This document shows positions 29,963-40,233 of a DNA stretch of 64,000 nt, in pieces. Source of the stretch: Candidatus Latescibacterota bacterium (GTDB taxonomy: Bacteria > Latescibacterota > UBA2968 > UBA8231). Within the stretch, counting starts at the first letter, position 1. Each line of letters starts with the position of its first letter. The DNA is taken from assembly GCA_963422735.1 (NCBI GenBank), contig OY730476.1, positions 1 to 64,000 on the forward strand. Reading direction: 5' to 3'. A program made the position numbers and the translations under genes. The notes beneath the pieces were generated by a model. The model was not told the DNA's origin, ran no database searches, and saw only the letters and a list, made by a program, of their open reading frames with translations.

Positions 29963-32077
29963 ATGTACAATTTCATTCTCCTCCTCCTCGTAGTGCTATG
30001 CGGGCGGCTCAACGCCGACGATCATCCGGTGCGGGCCAATTTTTTGGCCGATGTAGATGCCGTGGAGCCCGGCCAATCCTTTCGGCTGGGAGTCGAACTG
30101 AGGATGGAGGAGGGATGGCACACGTACTGGATTTTTAGCGGCGACGCTGGCTTGCCGATCGCAGTCGAGTGGCAGCTACCGGCCGACATTGTGACAGGAC
30201 TCCTGCAATGGCCCTTGCCGGATAAATTCGAGGAAGAAGGGGGGCTGGTGGTTTATGGGTATGCCGACGAAGTCCTGCTCATGGCCGAGGCTACCGCGCC
30301 GAACGAGTTGGCAGCGGGGGATACGCTGCGCCTTGCGGCTGAAGTCTCTTGGCTGGTATGCCGCGATCTGTGCATCCCCGGTAAGGCGTCGTTGGCGTTG
30401 GCACTGCCGGTGGCCGCTGTCGGCAAGCCGAGTGCCCAGCAGGCGCAATTTGACCATTATGCGGCACGAGTGCCGGGCGTGTTGGACGAGCGCGTTGCGG
30501 TAGAATTCGCCGTGCGGGGCGAGAAGGCCGTGGAGGTTGACGTGCGCCTTTCCCAAGAGGGCAAGGCTTTCGAACAGGGCGAGCAGATGCCCGACTTTTA
30601 TCCGCTGGCGGCCGACGGTTTTGCATTTTCCACCCGGCGTCTAGCTGCCGACCATCTCGTGCTTTCTATCGAACCCTACGGCGACGCCGAAGTCGATACT
30701 TTGCGCGGAGTGCTCGTCTATAGGCTAGACGGCGAGGTACGAGCCGGGACGTTGGCGCTAGATTTGCGCGCTGCGCCGCGCCAAGGAGGGGGGATCTTGG
30801 AGAGGGATTACCGCGCGGCTAGCGGGGAGGTCGCCCGGTCGCTGTGGGTCTATATCGCCTTTGCAGCGTTGGGCGGGTTGATCCTCAACCTGATGCCCTG
30901 CGTGTTGCCGGTCATCTCGCTTAAGGTGCTCGGCTTTGTCAATCAAGCCGGCGAGGAGACCAAGCGGGTGCGGCAACTGGGATGGGCGTTTTGCGCCGGT
31001 ATTGTGGCCACTTTTTTGGTGCTGGCGCTAGCAGTGCTTTTGGTCAAAAGCACTGGTGAGCAGATCGGTTGGGGCTTTCAATTTCAGTACCCGGGTTTTG
31101 TGGTGGCGATGAGTGCCTTGATTTTCGCGTTGGCCCTAAGTCTTTTCGGCGTCTATGAAATCCTACTTCCGGGGACTAGTGGCCTAGGGGGGCTAGGGGG
31201 ACGCGAGGGGTTGACGGGATCCTTTCTCAACGGCGTACTAGCGACGATTCTGGCCACGCCCTGTACCGCACCCTTTTTGGGGACCGCGCTTGGGTTTGCC
31301 TTCGCCCAGCCGGCCGTCGTCGTCGTCGCGGTTTTTTTGGCGATTGGTGCGGGTATGGCACTGCCGTATGTGGTGTTGGCACTTGAACCGGCGTGGATCG
31401 GGTGCTTGCCCAAGCCCGGCCCGTGGATGGTGTGGTTCAAGCAGCTAATGGGTTTTTTGCTGATGGCCACAGTGTTGTGGTTACTCTGGGTCTTGGGCAA
31501 GCAGGTCGGGGTCGAAGGCATGGTGTGGACGGGGGCCTTTTTGCTGGGTCTGGGGCTGGCCTGCTGGGTCTGGGGGCAGTGGGGTAGCTTCCAACATCCC
31601 AACCCTTCAAAGCGGTTGGCGCGAGTGGTGGCGCTGGTACTGGTTTTGGGCAGCTATGCGATCTTTGTCCATCCGTTGTTGGCTACCGAGCAAACTACCG
31701 CGCCTGCACTAGACGACTGGCAGCCGTTTAGTGCCGCCCGTGTCGAGGAGTTGATCACGAGCGGACAGATGGTCTTTATCGACTTTACGGCCGAGTGGTG
31801 CTGGACGTGCAAGGTCAACGAGCAGGCAGTGTTGGCGCAGCAAGTGGTGCGCGATCGGTTTGCCGCGCTCGATGTGGCCCTAGTCAAAGCCGATTGGACC
31901 AATCGTAATCCCGAGATCACGCAGCTCTTGCGCGCCTTTGGGCGCTCAGGGGTGCCCCTGTACGTGATCTTTCCCGCCGGTCTTATCGACCAGCCACTAG
32001 TGTTGCCCGAGGTTATTACTCCAGAAATGGTCGTCGAAAAACTAGACGCGGCCGCCGCGCTCGCCAGTGAGAACTGA
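29963..32077 (+). CDS. dsbD: Protein-disulfide reductase DsbD family
   Basis: WHTYW, LVCRDLC, NLMPCVLP, ATPCTAP, AEWCWTC. Confidence 0.9.
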   Translation: MYNFILLLLVVLCGRLNADDHPVRANFLADVDAVEPGQSFRLGVELRMEEGWHTYWIFSGDAGLPIAVEWQLPADIVTGLLQWPLPDKFEEEGGLVVYGYADEVLLMAEATAPNELAAGDTLRLAAEVSWLVCRDLCIPGKASLALALPVAAVGKPSAQQAQFDHYAARVPGVLDERVAVEFAVRGEKAVEVDVRLSQEGKAFEQGEQMPDFYPLAADGFAFSTRRLAADHLVLSIEPYGDAEVDTLRGVLVYRLDGEVRAGTLALDLRAAPRQGGGILERDYRAASGEVARSLWVYIAFAALGGLILNLMPCVLPVISLKVLGFVNQAGEETKRVRQLGWAFCAGIVATFLVLALAVLLVKSTGEQIGWGFQFQYPGFVVAMSALIFALALSLFGVYEILLPGTSGLGGLGGREGLTGSFLNGVLATILATPCTAPFLGTALGFAFAQPAVVVVAVFLAIGAGMALPYVVLALEPAWIGCLPKPGPWMVWFKQLMGFLLMATVLWLLWVLGKQVGVEGMVWTGAFLLGLGLACWVWGQWGSFQHPNPSKRLARVVALVLVLGSYAIFVHPLLATEQTTAPALDDWQPFSAARVEELITSGQMVFIDFTAEWCWTCKVNEQAVLAQQVVRDRFAALDVALVKADWTNRNPEITQLLRAFGRSGVPLYVIFPAGLIDQPLVLPEVITPEMVVEKLDAAAALASEN

Positions 32078-32906
32078 GGCCGCCGTGTTCTCGGTTGTCA
32101 TTCCCGTGTACAACCGCCGCGCGGTAGTCGGCCGGGCAATCCGTTCGGTACTGGCGCAGCAGGGGGCGGATTTTGAGGTGATCGTGGTTGACGACGCCTC
32201 CGACGACGGTACATCCGAGCGGGTGCGCGAGGAATTTGGCAATACAGTCAAAATAGTGATCTTAAAAGAAAACAGTGGTGTCTCGGCCGCACGCAATCGC
32301 GGGATCGCGGCGGCCGAGGGCGAGTGGATCGCCCTGCTCGACTCGGACGACGAGTGGCTGCCCAACAAACTCGCGCAACAAGCAGCAGCTCTGCGCGAGA
32401 GTGGAATGTTGGTCTGCCACACCGACGAGATTTGGATCCGCAATGGCGTGCGGGTCAACCCCCACAAACACCACCAGAAATTCGGCGGCGACATTTTCTA
32501 CAAAGCCTTGGCCTTGTGTGTTATGTCGCCTTCGTCGATTGCGATTCACCGCCGGGTCTTTGCGGACGTTGGCATGTTTGACGAATGCCTGCCAGCCTGC
32601 GAGGACTACGAGCTTTGGCTGCGGATTAGCTGTCGCTATGAGGTGGTCTATTTGGCGGAGAAACTCATCCGCAAATACGGCGGTCACGCCGATCAACTAT
32701 CGCAGGCTCACTATGCGATGGACCGCTTCCGGGTGTACGCGCTCGACAAGCTGCTGCGCGAGGAGCCACAACTCGCACCGGCGCGCGCCGCGGCCGCACG
32801 CACCATGCTGTTGTGCAAGGCGCGGATTGTCGAGCGAGGCGCTGTTAAGCGCGGCAACGTGGAATTGCAGCAGCAGATGAGCGACTACTTGGTGCGTTGG
32901 CAGTGA
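32067..32906 (+). CDS. Family 2 glycosyltransferase
   Basis: SVVIPVYN, VVDDASDD, GVSAARN.G, LDSDD, CEDYELW. Confidence 0.92.
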   Translation: MRTEAAVFSVVIPVYNRRAVVGRAIRSVLAQQGADFEVIVVDDASDDGTSERVREEFGNTVKIVILKENSGVSAARNRGIAAAEGEWIALLDSDDEWLPNKLAQQAAALRESGMLVCHTDEIWIRNGVRVNPHKHHQKFGGDIFYKALALCVMSPSSIAIHRRVFADVGMFDECLPACEDYELWLRISCRYEVVYLAEKLIRKYGGHADQLSQAHYAMDRFRVYALDKLLREEPQLAPARAAAARTMLLCKARIVERGAVKRGNVELQQQMSDYLVRWQ

Positions 32907-33042
32907 TAGGTCGGGTGAAGCAGCTTGGGTGGTTATACCGATACAGCCTAAGATCCCTTAGCAAAAGGTGGGTTCTCTCCCGCTAAGAGTGCCTGTGTTC
33001 CCAAGGAAGTGTGCTTGCAGGTTTTGCTAGTGACTGAAAAAT

Positions 33043-33076
33043 AAAAACCCCCTAGTCCGCGGACTAGGGGGTTTTT
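33043..33076. terminator. Bidirectional rho-independent terminator
   Basis: AAAAACCCCCTAGTCC-GC-GGACTAGGGGGTTTTT between convergent genes. Confidence 0.9.
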
Positions 33077-33096
33077 TGATTGTTCTGCAGAGCCTG

Positions 33097-33549
33097 TTAT
33101 TCGTCGCGTTGCTTCTTGACTTCCCGCATGCTTATGGAGCGGAGTTGGTCAAGTCTTGGAAGGTGCTTGCTACGCGGTTTGGATGTGCCCGCTTCCCAGC
33201 GCAGAACGGTGTTGGTACTAACGTTGAGCAGTTCGCCGAGTTCGGCTTGGGAGAGCTTGAGGCGCTTGCGATGCTTCTTAATTGTATCCGGGGCGATCCG
33301 AATTTGTTTCTTCTTAGCACCTTCGGGTGTTTTGCGGGCTTTGGCCGTGGCCGGTTTGGTGGCGGCCGGTTTGGCGGCGGCCGGTTTGGCGGCGGCCTTT
33401 GCCTTTACTGGGCCGATTTTCTTTTCTAAGCGAGCGAGCGCATCGCGCTGTTCGCGCACTGTTTTCTTGAGCTCGCGCACTTGGTCTTGCACTTCTTTGC
33501 GAGCGATCTTGCCGATCTCTTCTTTCAAAAGAGTTGCGAGGTTAGGCAT
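33097..33549 (-). CDS. XRE-family HTH protein with Lys/Ala/Pro-rich linker
   Basis: MPNLATLLKEEI..IARKE; KPAAA repeats; LSQAELGELLNVS.NTV.RWE.G. Confidence 0.85.
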   Translation of the reverse strand: MPNLATLLKEEIGKIARKEVQDQVRELKKTVREQRDALARLEKKIGPVKAKAAAKPAAAKPAATKPATAKARKTPEGAKKKQIRIAPDTIKKHRKRLKLSQAELGELLNVSTNTVLRWEAGTSKPRSKHLPRLDQLRSISMREVKKQRDE

Positions 33550-34087
33550 GAAAGATCCTTTCACCTTGAGTAAGTATATGCATAATACAAACCTAATTAA
33601 GAGAAAAATCTACTATTTAGCAAATGCGTTTGAAATGGTATTGCGCGTCTAGTGAAAAGGTAGCAAAAGAGAATGGAACAGACATTCGCGTCTGCTGTCC
33701 GTGAAATAGAGACGATGCCCTCGTGCTAGTTCAAACAAAGAACGATCGCAGGGGTGGTTGTTCTTACACCTAAATTGCTAGCGATTTTCTCGACGACATT
33801 TGACCCGATCAACTACGCAAAATTTGCGGAATTAGTGCGTTGGTTTGGCATGTCGTATAGGGAAATTTTGCTGTGGCAAAAGAGTCGTCGAGAAGCACGA
33901 ATCTATCTTATTTGCACTTTTATTTTCTGCGAATGCGCATGGGATAGGCAAGCGCGTTTTGCCCTATTTTATATAGAAACGACGCAAACGGGCGAGCGAT
34001 TGCATCGGCACTAGTGAGAAAGAATGGCGACTGTATGCGACAAGGTGCGTGCGTCAATACAGCTTTTGCCAAATGCTTTTTTGCGGA

Positions 34088-35542
34088 TTAGGCGTTGTAA
34101 GCCGTCGATGCTGTCGTTCCCCCGCGCCCGGTCCAGTTGATATGAAAAAAGATGCCGCGCGGCTTGTCGGTGCGCTCGTACGTGTGGGCACCAAAGTAGT
34201 CGCGCTGGGCTTGGAGCAGATTGGCGGGCAGGCGGGCGGAGCGATAGCCGTCGTAGTACGCGAGGGCACTGGCAAAGGTCGGCACGGGTATGCCAAGGGT
34301 CACAGCCGTGGCCACGACTCTGCGCCAAGACGCTTGGGTTTGCGCGAGTGCTTCGCTGAAGTAAGGCGCGAGTAAGAGATTGGCCAGCGTTGGATCCGCG
34401 TCAAAGGCTTCCTTGATGCGACCCAAAAACTGGGCGCGAATGATACAGCCACCGCGCCACAGCAGGGCGAGGCCTCCGTAGTTGAGGTTCCAGCCGTATT
34501 CGCGGGCGGCGAGGGCGAGCAGCTGATAGCCTTGGGCGTAGGAGCAAATTTTGGCCGCGTACAGTGCTCGGCGGATGTCTTCGACGAAAGCGTCTTTGTC
34601 CCCAGTAAACGAAGTGTCTGGGCCTCGGAGGACGCCGGCCGCAGCCACGCGCTCGTCCTTGAGGAAAGATAGGGCGCGGCTGAAGACCGCCTCGGTAATG
34701 GCGGTTACTGGAGCGCCCAATTGCAGGGCGTCGATACCGGTCCACTTGCCGGTGCCCTTTTGGCCAGCTGTGTCGAGTATTACATCGACCATCGGTTGGG
34801 CAGTCTCGTCGTCTGTCTTGGCGAGGATATCGCCGGTGATTTCGATGAGGTAGCTGTCGAGCTCGCCTTTGTTCCACTGCTTGAAAATTTTGCTCTGTGC
34901 CTGCGGCTCAATGCCGAGGGCCTCGCGCATCAGGGCGTATGCCTCGGCGATCATCTGCATGTCGCCGTACTCGATGCCGTTGTGGACCATTTTCACATAG
35001 TGGCCAGCGCCGTCGCGGCCCACCCAATCGCAACACGGGCTGCCATCTTCTACTTTGGCAGCAATGGCTTGGAAGAGGTCCTTGATGTGGGGCCAAGCAG
35101 CGGGGTTGCCGCCGGGCATGATGCTCGGGCCTTTGAGCGCGCCCTCCTCGCCACCGGAGACGCCAGTGCCCACATAGAGCAAGCCTTTGGCAGATAGCTC
35201 TTGGGTGCGGCGGACCGTGTCTTGATAGTTGGAGTTGCCGCCGTCGATGAGGATGTCGCCTTGGTCGAGTAGGGGCACGAGTTCGGCTATAACGCGGTCC
35301 ACAGCTTGGCCGGCTTGAACCATCAGCATCACGCGGCGCGGCTTTTTGAGTTGGGCAAGCAACTCGGCTGGCGAGTGGGTACCGATGATGGATTTGCCGC
35401 GGGCGCGACCGGCGATAAAGGTATCGACCTTGGTGGTTGTGCGGTTGTAAACGGCAACGGTGAAACCGTGGCTAGCCATGTTGAGGACGAGGTTTTCGCC
35501 CATCACGGCTAGACCGATTAGGCCGATGTCTGCTCGGCTCAT
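34088..35542 (-). CDS. gnd: NADP-dependent 6-phosphogluconate dehydrogenase
   Basis: [32 protein letters not shown]. Confidence 0.97.
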   Translation of the reverse strand: MSRADIGLIGLAVMGENLVLNMASHGFTVAVYNRTTTKVDTFIAGRARGKSIIGTHSPAELLAQLKKPRRVMLMVQAGQAVDRVIAELVPLLDQGDILIDGGNSNYQDTVRRTQELSAKGLLYVGTGVSGGEEGALKGPSIMPGGNPAAWPHIKDLFQAIAAKVEDGSPCCDWVGRDGAGHYVKMVHNGIEYGDMQMIAEAYALMREALGIEPQAQSKIFKQWNKGELDSYLIEITGDILAKTDDETAQPMVDVILDTAGQKGTGKWTGIDALQLGAPVTAITEAVFSRALSFLKDERVAAAGVLRGPDTSFTGDKDAFVEDIRRALYAAKICSYAQGYQLLALAAREYGWNLNYGGLALLWRGGCIIRAQFLGRIKEAFDADPTLANLLLAPYFSEALAQTQASWRRVVATAVTLGIPVPTFASALAYYDGYRSARLPANLLQAQRDYFGAHTYERTDKPRGIFFHINWTGRGGTTASTAYNA

Positions 35543-37233
35543 TGGACTTCTCCTGTGGGGTCGTTGTTCGGGTCTAGGGCGCGGCGCAATTGGGCAATAC
35601 CCTCGGCGATGTCTGCGCCTAGATGGATGCGGAGCACGGCCCGCCCTTGATTGACGAGGGCTTGGCGGTCGCCGAGGGCTTGGGCTTGGGCGAGGACGCC
35701 GAAGGTGATGCTAGAGGCTACGGCCCCGGCTTCGTCGGGAATCGGCGCGTCCTCGGCTGAGTCGGCCGTTAGCTGAATAAAAAGCCCGTGCCCGGCGTCG
35801 CCCTTGTGCAGCTGCCCGGTTGAGTGCAGGAAGCGCGGCCCAAAGCCGAGGGTCGTGGCTAGGCCGGTGTGTGCTAGTAGCTGGCGGCGCAGGTCCTGTA
35901 GGGCACTGGTGGTCTCCGGGGTCGGCGGGAGGTGGGCTTGCAGGGCAATGTACGTGCGCCCTCGCTCGCTGCTTGCCAGAAAGCGCACTAGGGCCTGTGA
36001 CAGGGTGGTGCCTTGCACCGGCCCGTATAGCGCGAGGCCATCGACGAGGTCGGGTGCCGGTGCGGGTAGCGCGCCGCGTTGTTGATAGGCGGCCACCATC
36101 TGGCGGGCTAGTTCCTTGGCTGCCTCGACATCGGGCTGGTCGAAGGGATGGATGCTGAGGAAGAATCCGGCTATGGTCGTGGCAATTTCCCAGTGAAAGA
36201 AGGCCGCGCTGAGATCGTAGGCGTCCGCTAGTTGGAGGCACAAGAGCGGATGCCCGGCTGCGGCAATAGCGTGGGTGCGGGCGTCGGCTGTGTCGTCCAA
36301 CCGCAGATGGACGAAGATCCGGTCGGCCCCGTAGGCATGGGCTGCACATTCAGGCTCTAGATCGACCGGCAGCAGGCCCTTGCCGTCTTTGCCCGTGCTC
36401 TCGGCGATGAGTTGCTCGATCCAAGCGCCAACTGCGCTGATGGCTGGCGAAGCAATGAGCGTTAGCTTGTCGCGGCCAGCGAGGGCACCTGCGCCGAGAA
36501 AGGCACCGAGTTGGATGCCCGGTTGCGGATCGGCAGTGGCTCGCGCAGCCCGGTCGAGCAGGCGGTCGATATCCGCGCCAATGGCACCGGCTGCGACCAA
36601 GCCATAGTGCGACAGGGCCGAGTAGCGCCCGCCGATGTTGGGATCGTTGCGGAAGATGTGGCGAAAGCCGAGGCGTTGCGCGAGGGCTTCGAGGCCGCTA
36701 CCCGGGTCGGTGATGGCGGCGAAGTGCCGTCCAGCCTCCTCTGGGCCGAGGGCGTTAGCTGTGCAGTTGTAAAAGTACTTGAGCAAGGATAGCGTCTCTA
36801 CTGTGCCGCCGGACTTGGTGGCCGGGAGAAATAGGGTGCGGGCGGGGTCGAGGGCACGCGCCTTGGCCAAGACGGCTTCGGGCTGGGTGCTGTCGAGCAC
36901 TGAGAAGTCGAGAAATCCATCGGCCACGCCAAAGATCGCGCGGAAGACTTCCGGCGCGAGGCTAGAGCCGCCCATGCCCAACAGCAGGGCGTGGGTGTAG
37001 CCATCGGCGCGGACCGCGTCGATGAATTGGCCAATGGGACCGATGGCGTCCCGCATGACATGCGGGTTGTCGAGCCATCCGAGCCGATTGGCAATCTCGG
37101 TTGGATCGGGCCGCCAGACCGTGTGATCGCGTGCGAGGATGCGCTCGTAGATGCGCTCGGCCGCTAGGTGCTCGGCCGCCTGCTGCACCTGTGTGCTAAA
37201 ATTGGCCGAGGCCCAAAGGGCGGAAACCTGCAT
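35539..37233 (-). CDS. pgi: Glucose-6-phosphate isomerase (Tal/Pgi-type PGI domain)
   Basis: [56 protein letters not shown]. Confidence 0.88.
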   Translation of the reverse strand: MQVSALWASANFSTQVQQAAEHLAAERIYERILARDHTVWRPDPTEIANRLGWLDNPHVMRDAIGPIGQFIDAVRADGYTHALLLGMGGSSLAPEVFRAIFGVADGFLDFSVLDSTQPEAVLAKARALDPARTLFLPATKSGGTVETLSLLKYFYNCTANALGPEEAGRHFAAITDPGSGLEALAQRLGFRHIFRNDPNIGGRYSALSHYGLVAAGAIGADIDRLLDRAARATADPQPGIQLGAFLGAGALAGRDKLTLIASPAISAVGAWIEQLIAESTGKDGKGLLPVDLEPECAAHAYGADRIFVHLRLDDTADARTHAIAAAGHPLLCLQLADAYDLSAAFFHWEIATTIAGFFLSIHPFDQPDVEAAKELARQMVAAYQQRGALPAPAPDLVDGLALYGPVQGTTLSQALVRFLASSERGRTYIALQAHLPPTPETTSALQDLRRQLLAHTGLATTLGFGPRFLHSTGQLHKGDAGHGLFIQLTADSAEDAPIPDEAGAVASSITFGVLAQAQALGDRQALVNQGRAVLRIHLGADIAEGIAQLRRALDPNNDPTGEVQ

Positions 37234-37248
37234 TGGAGGTCCTAAGAG

Positions 37249-37334
37249 TTAGTGGTTAGTGGACAGCGGACAGTGAATAGTGCCCCGTCGCCCCTAGCAT
37301 GGGGAGCAGACGGGAACTAACCACTAACCACTAA
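37249..37334. repeat. Heptamer hairpin element upstream of pgi
   Basis: Perfect 14-bp inverted repeat TTAGTGGTTAGTGG (37249-37262) / CCACTAACCACTAA (37321-37334). Confidence 0.88.
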
Positions 37335-37380
37335 GAATGTTAAGACAGCTTCTTAGGAAGCGGCCGGGGTGAGGTGATGG

Positions 37381-37600
37381 TTAGCCGGGTAGCTTGTTTA
37401 GGATGTTTAACAGCAAGCTGCCGATGGCTATCTGGATGCCGATAATCCACCGGGTCAACGTGTCGATGCGGCGGCCCAGCTCGCCCAACCGCTCGCTCAA
37501 TGCCGTCTAAGCGGCGGTCTAACTGCTCGGCAATCCCTTCTAAGCGTCCTATGCGCCGGCCGTGGTCTTGGGCTTGCGCGATGGGTTCGGCCCTGGTCTT
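37381..37600 (-). pseudogene. Small coiled-coil + C-terminal TM protein remnant
   Basis: RIGRLEGIAEQLDRRLDGIE / RLGELGRRIDTLTRWIIGIQIAIGSLLL across a frameshift; no clear start. Confidence 0.5.
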
Positions 37601-38663
37601 TTGTCTCCTCTTTTATGGTCAGGCCGGGGCTTCACCACCCAAAGGTGTCTCGATGATTTGTCCGATGCGTTGGGAGTGGTTGAAGAACCAATGGCGCTAG
37701 TAGATTGACCGTTGTACCACCTTTTGCGGCGTAGGAGCGTCCCCGGACCACGTCCGAGTTTATAATAGCCTTGTTCTATCGAATCGACAATTCCACTAGG
37801 ACCATTAGTATAGTTATGATGCTGATTAAGTTATTCGGCATAATCCACCACGCAAGGCAGTGGTACGATTTGGATTTTTACGCTAGTCCTAGACGCCGCG
37901 TAGGGCGTCGGTGTCGCTGCGGGCGACAATCCTATCGAGAGCGTAGTGCCGATCCGTCCCCCACTTCCCAGTGACCCACTAGGCGTTTTTCAAACTATAC
38001 CACTACCCGACGCGGAATAAGGTTGACTTTCAGCCATATAGCCCTGCTTTACCGGGCACTGAAAACCTCGTAGAATCGTCCGATTTTCCCGATGTTCGCG
38101 TTTAACCCAACAGCTTCTAGTCAGTTGATGAAAGAGATCACTATGCTCGTACAATTCAAAAAAAAGCTGTGGGATTGGTGGGCCATGTAGAACGCTTTTC
38201 TGGCCAAAATAGAGATCAATACGGCCTTTCAACGCGACGCATATCGCCTCCTTGTCTTTTTTCACGGCTATAGTTTAGCCCACACCATCCGCCCCCTCGT
38301 GATAGCACGGACGTTGCGCTAGCGCGGGGCGTGTACGACGCCCCGATGGAGCAGACCAGATGGTGTCCGAGGACGAATTCATCCGCCGTCTCTACCCCCT
38401 GAACGCCATTGCTTCCCGACCGGCCCTCCGCGCCCTACTCGCCGAGGCGCGTCAGCAGGGCATACCGCACGTGCAGAAGGGACGGCTGATGTGATACAAC
38501 AAGCGGACCGCGTAGAACTGGCTCTACGACCACGAGCCGCGCTTCTTCGAGCTGGATGTCATGTCGCAATCGGCGCGAGTATCAACATTGGTACGCCGAT
38601 TGCGATAATGCTTACAGAAACAACAAACCATATTCTCCACAGGGACAGAAAGGAGGGAATGCT

Positions 38664-39952
38664 TATGAAGCACATCGTCTTAACTGGCTTGGGGCTTGAG
38701 GCCCTAGTAGCCCGTGCTTCACCTTGGAGGGTGCCTCCGATAAAACTCACCCTACCTAAGTAAAGGATCTCGTCATAAAAAAATCATCATCCAAAGGGCC
38801 ATTGGCCTCACCACTTTGGTCACCAGTTTCCTGCCGCAGCAAGCCGAGGCTTGCGACTACCTCCACGGCTTAGAGATGATCAAGGTCGAGGCCGGGCCCG
38901 AGTTGCTACAGGCCGTTGAGACCATCTCCGTCGAGTCAAGTATTCCCATTACTCCCGAACAAGAAGCCGACTTGCGCGGGTGGCTCTACGACTTCTTAGT
39001 CGCTTTTTCTGTCTCCGGCAGTGACAGCCTCGCCGCTGAGTTTTATCTACGCGAAGGCGTCAATGACCCTGAAGCGATACAGCGGATGAAAGACGACTTC
39101 ATCAACCAAGCCCGCGCCTATCGCGGGCAGATCATCGCTTTTTTAGCAGACCGCGATGCGTTTGGTGCCCGTGAGTGGTTCAACGACGACGATGGCTGGT
39201 GCGCCGACTTGCGCGACTTGCCGAGGTTTCACGAGCGCGGCTAGGCTGTCGCCGACAGCTTGCGCCATGCCCTACCCGCCCTCACGGCCTCGTGCTGTAT
39301 GCGATGGTGCTCTTTGCATACTACGACGCTATATGAGTACCCCTAAGTACACGAACCTCCTTTGGGTACGCGTCTTTTCGAGTGTCCCTAAGAGGGTGGG
39401 CAAGACGTCCGCGCCCCCGGCTGAGTTTCCAGTGTCGTGTAGTAAATGAGCCCCCACCAGAAAGAAACCTCCTCCTGCGCTTCGGCTTGGCCCTCGTACT
39501 GACGGTGGGGCTAATGGTGCTCAACGCCCTCGGCTTTGTCGGCGGCTCCTACGAGTTCCGGCGCGATTACTATCTCCAGCAAGTCCAAGCCGAGCAGGAA
39601 GTGGGGCGCAGCAACGAACGCCCAACGGGGCCTGTGGAAGCTGATTCTCCATTCAGGGCAAAACTATATCTATAAAAAACCCAGCCCCCTCATGTTCTGC
39701 GCCACCGCTGCCAGAGACGCTCTGCCTGAGCGTCTCTGGACACCGAGTTGGGAAAGCACCTACACCACCACCAAATTCTACGCTCCCTTTGTACTGATCT
39801 ATTGGGACATCATAGACATCTGGGCACCCAAGGTCAGCCAACTGCTAGAGACCCAAGCCATCGACTGGGTCTTTATCATCGGCCTGTGCTTTTTTGCCAT
39901 ACTCGCCTACATGTTGGCCTATCGCTCGTGGCTGCGAACCAGTATTGTCTAG
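38664..39952 (+). pseudogene. Mosaic of truncated hypothetical gene fragments
   Basis: Several short protein-like ORF pieces with RBS/signal-like starts, broken by stops and frame changes. Confidence 0.35.
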
Positions 39953-40020
39953 AAAGCTGCTTTCGCCGGAATGGCATAAGCAGGGAAAGCAAACGACGCA
40001 ATTCAGCTAAGAGGGACTCT

Positions 40021-40233
40021 ATGCAGGCGACACTCTACACAGACGACGGGGCGTATTTTGTCCGCTTGGGCAATGGTTTGGTGCTCAGGTGGTGCCGGGC
40101 GGAAGATGAGTGGGACAAGAGCCGGGCCGAGTTGCCGAGCGGAGCTAGGCAGATCGACTTCGCGGCCCTGCCAGAAGCTCTGCGCGAGGAGGTGCTGGCG
40201 GTTTTGGCGCGCGCCGCGGCTGTGTCGCGCTAA
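40021..40233 (+). CDS. Small hypothetical protein (70 aa)
   Basis: RBS GAGGGA before ATG; MQATLYTDDGAYFVRLGNG..LPEALREEV. Confidence 0.6.
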   Translation: MQATLYTDDGAYFVRLGNGLVLRWCRAEDEWDKSRAELPSGARQIDFAALPEALREEVLAVLARAAAVSR

